A stretch of DNA of 64,000 nucleotides, from NCBI GenBank assembly GCA_965603825.1, contig CBFDEM010000021.1:885585-949584 (forward strand). Direction: 5' to 3'. This document shows positions 61,347 through 64,000 of the stretch, one piece after another. The notes under the pieces are model-generated. The model was not told the origin of the DNA. It worked only from the letters and a program-made list of their open reading frames with translations, and searched no databases. This stretch comes from Blepharisma stoltei ATCC 30299 (taxonomy: Eukaryota > Protista > Ciliophora). Both the position numbers and the translations under genes were made by a program. Position 1 is the first letter of the stretch. Each line of letters starts with the position of its first letter.

Positions 61347-64000
61347 GGGTGTTAGGGTGTTAGGGTGTTAGGGTGTTAGGGTGTTAGGGTGTTAGGGTGT
61401 TAGGGTGTTAGGGTGTTAGGGTGTTAGGGTTGTTAGGGTGTTAGGGGTTGGGTTAGGTGTTAGGGTGTTAGGGTGTTAGGGTGTTAGGGTGTTAGGGTGT
61501 TAGGGTGTTAGGGTGTTAGGGTGTTAGGGTGTTAGGGTGTTAGGGTGTTAGGGTGTTAGGGTGTTAGGGTGTTAGGGTGTTAGGGTGTTAGGGTGTTAGG
61601 GTGTTAGGGTGTTAGGGTGTTAGGGTGTTAGGGTGTTAGGGTGTTAGGGTGTTAGGGTGTTAGGGTGTTAGGTGTTAGGGTGTTAGGGTGTTAGGGTGTT
61701 AGGGTGTTAGGGTGTTAGGGTGTTAGGGTGTTAGGGTGTTAGGGTGTTAGGGTGTTAGGGTGTTAGGGTGTTAGGGTGTTAGGGTGTTAGGGTGTTAGGG
61801 TGTTAGGGTGTTAGGGTGTTAGGGTGTTAGGGTGTTAGGGTGTTAGGGTGTTAGGGTGTTAGGGTGTTAGGGTGTTAGGGTGTTAGGGTGTTAGGGTGTT
61901 AGGGTGTTAGGGGTGTTAGGGTGTTAGGGTGTTAGGGTGTTAGGGTGTTAGGGTGTTAGGGTGTTAGGGTGTTAGGGTGTTAGGGTGTTAGGGTGTTAGG
62001 GGTGTTAGGGTGTTAGGGTGTTAGGGTGTTAGGGTGTTAGGGTGTTAGGGTGTTAGGGTGTTAGGGTGTTAGGGTGTTAGGGTGTTAGGGTGTTAGGGGT
62101 GTTAGGGTGTTAGGGTGTTAGGGTGTTAGGGTGTTAGGGTGTTAGGGTGTTAGGGTGTTAGGGTGTTAGGGTGTTAGGGGTGTTAGGGTGTGTTAGGGTG
62201 TTAGGGTGTTAGGGTGTTAGGGTGTTAGGGTGTTAGGGTGTTAGGGTGTTAGGGGTGTTAGGGTGTTAGGGTGTTAGGGTGTTAGGGGTGTTAGGGTGTT
62301 AGGGTGTTAGGGTGTTAGGGTGTTAGGGTGTTAGGGTGTTAGGGTGTTAGGGGTGTTAGGGTGTTAGGGTGTTAGGGTGTTAGGGTGTTAGGGTGTTAGG
62401 GTGTTAGGGTGTTAGGGTGTTTAGGGTGTTAGGGTGTTAGGGTGTTAGGGTGTTAGGGTGTTAGGGTGTTAGGGTGTTAGGGTGTTAGGGGTGTTAGGGT
62501 GTTAGGGTGTTAGGGTGTTAGGGTGTTAGGGTGTTAGGGTGTTAGGGTGTTAGGGTGTTAGGGTGTTAGGGTGTTAGGGTGTTAGGGTGTTAGGGTGTTA
62601 GGGTGTTAGGGTGTTAGGGTGTTAGGGTGTTAGGGTGTTAGGGTGTTAGGGTGTTAGGGTGTTAGGGTGTTAGGGTGTTAGGGTGTTAGGGTGTTAGGGT
62701 GTTAGGGTGTTAGGGTGTTAGGGTGTTAGGGTGTTAGGGTGTTAGGGTGTTAGGGTGTTAGGGTGTTAGGGTGTTAGGGTGTTAGGGTGGTTTAGGGTGT
62801 TAGGGTGTTAGGGTGTTAGGGTGTTAGGGTGTTAGGGTGTTAGGGGTGTTAGGGTGTTAGGGTGTTAGGGTGTTAGGGTGTTAGGGTGTTAGGGTGTTAG
62901 GGTGGTTAGGGTGTTAGGGTGTTAGGGTGTTTAGGGGTGTTAGGGTGTTAGGGTGTTAGGGTGTTAGGGTGTTGTTAGGGTGTTAGGGTGTTAGGGTGTT
63001 AGGGTGTTAGGGTGTTAGGGTGTTAGGGTGTTAGGGTGTTAGGGTGTTAGGGGTGTTAGGGTGTTAGGGGTGTTAGGGTGTTAGGGTGTTAGGGTGTTAG
63101 GGTGTTAGGGTGTTAGGGTGTTAGGGTGTTAGGGTGTTAGGGTGTTAGGGTGTTAGGGTGTTAGGGTGTTAGGGTGTTAGGGTGTTAGGGTGTTAGGGTG
63201 TTAGGGTTGTTAGGGTGTTAGGGTGTTAGGGTGTTAGGGTGTTAGGGTGTTAGGGTGTTAGGGGTGTTAGGGGTGTTAGGGTGTTAGGGTGTTAGGGTGT
63301 TAGGGTGTTAGGGTGTTAGGGTGTTAGGGTGTTAGGGTGTTAGGGTGTTAGGGTGTTAGGTGTTAGGGTGTTAGGGTGTTAGGGTGTTAGGGTGTTAGGG
63401 TGTTAGGGTGTTAGGGTGTTAGGGTGTTAGGGTGTTAGGGTGTTAGGGTGTTAGGGTGTTTGGGTGTTAGGGTGTTAGGGTGTTAGGGTGTTAGGGTGTT
63501 AGGGTGTTAGGGTGTTAGGGTGTTAGGGGTGTTAGGGTGTTAGGGTGTTAGGGTGTTAGGGTGTTAGGGTGTTAGGGTGTTAGGGTGTTAGGGTGTTAGG
63601 GTGTTAGGGTGTTAGGGTGTTAGGGTGTTAGGGTGTTAGGGTGTTAGGGTGTTAGGGTGTTAGGGTGTTAGGGGTGTTAGGGTGTTAGGGTGTTTAGGGT
63701 GTTAGGGTGGTTAGGGTGTTAGGGTGTTAGGGTGTTAGGGTGTTAGGGTTGTTAGGGTGTTTAGGGTGTTAGGGTGTTAGGGTGTTAGGGTGTTAGGTGT
63801 TAGGGTGTTAGGGTGTTAGGGTGTTAGGGGTGTTAGGGTGTTAGGGTGTTAGGGTGTTAGGGTGTTAGGGTGTTAGGGTGTTAGGGTGTTAGGGTGTTAG
63901 GGTGTTAGGGTGTTAGGGGTTAGGTGTTAGGGTGTTAGGGTGTTAGGGTGTTAGGGTGTTAGGGTGTTAGGGTGTTAGGGTGTTAGGGTGTTAGGGTGTT
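61347..64000 (+). repeat. Telomeric array (GGGTGTTA)n, i.e. (CCCTAACA)n on the other strand
   Basis: About 330 tandem 8-mers with scattered indel variants; the G-rich strand runs towards the end of the window. Confidence 0.98.

Noticed and set aside
61347-64000. Tandem array as a CRISPR or satellite
   Set aside because: It is a pure 8-mer with no spacers and matches the known heterotrich telomere repeat.

Overview
AT-rich eukaryotic chromosome end from a heterotrich ciliate, most likely Blepharisma. Evidence: UGA is read as Trp, introns are 15-nt GTAA...AG, and the telomere is (GGGTGTTA)n, i.e. CCCTAACA. The supplied ORF track uses a code in which TGA is a stop, so it fragments most genes; the coordinates here were re-derived by hand with TGA=W. 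1-36 kb is a tandem cluster of ~1140-aa receptor-like genes (signal peptide, two Venus-flytrap/ANF-receptor-like domains, ~9 TM helices): 6 intact copies and 2 decayed ones. The cluster is interrupted at ~5-17 kb by a scrambled zone. That zone holds inverted, decayed copies of a Cys-rich secreted-protein gene and a 5.2-kb non-LTR retrotransposon (18-bp TSD, (ATTG)n tail, gag-like region fused to APE-RT-CCHC, internal C-terminal repeat). 36-59.5 kb holds compact genes: mitochondrial uL24, an S28 pseudopeptidase, a histidine acid phosphatase, a SAMHD1-like dNTPase, two small CaaX proteins, two PH-CAMK kinases, a VHS-GAT-alpha-ear adaptor, a coiled-coil protein and a polycystin-1-like REJ-GPS protein. 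At least 2.65 kb of telomere ends the window. Domain calls are motif recognition by eye, not database searches.
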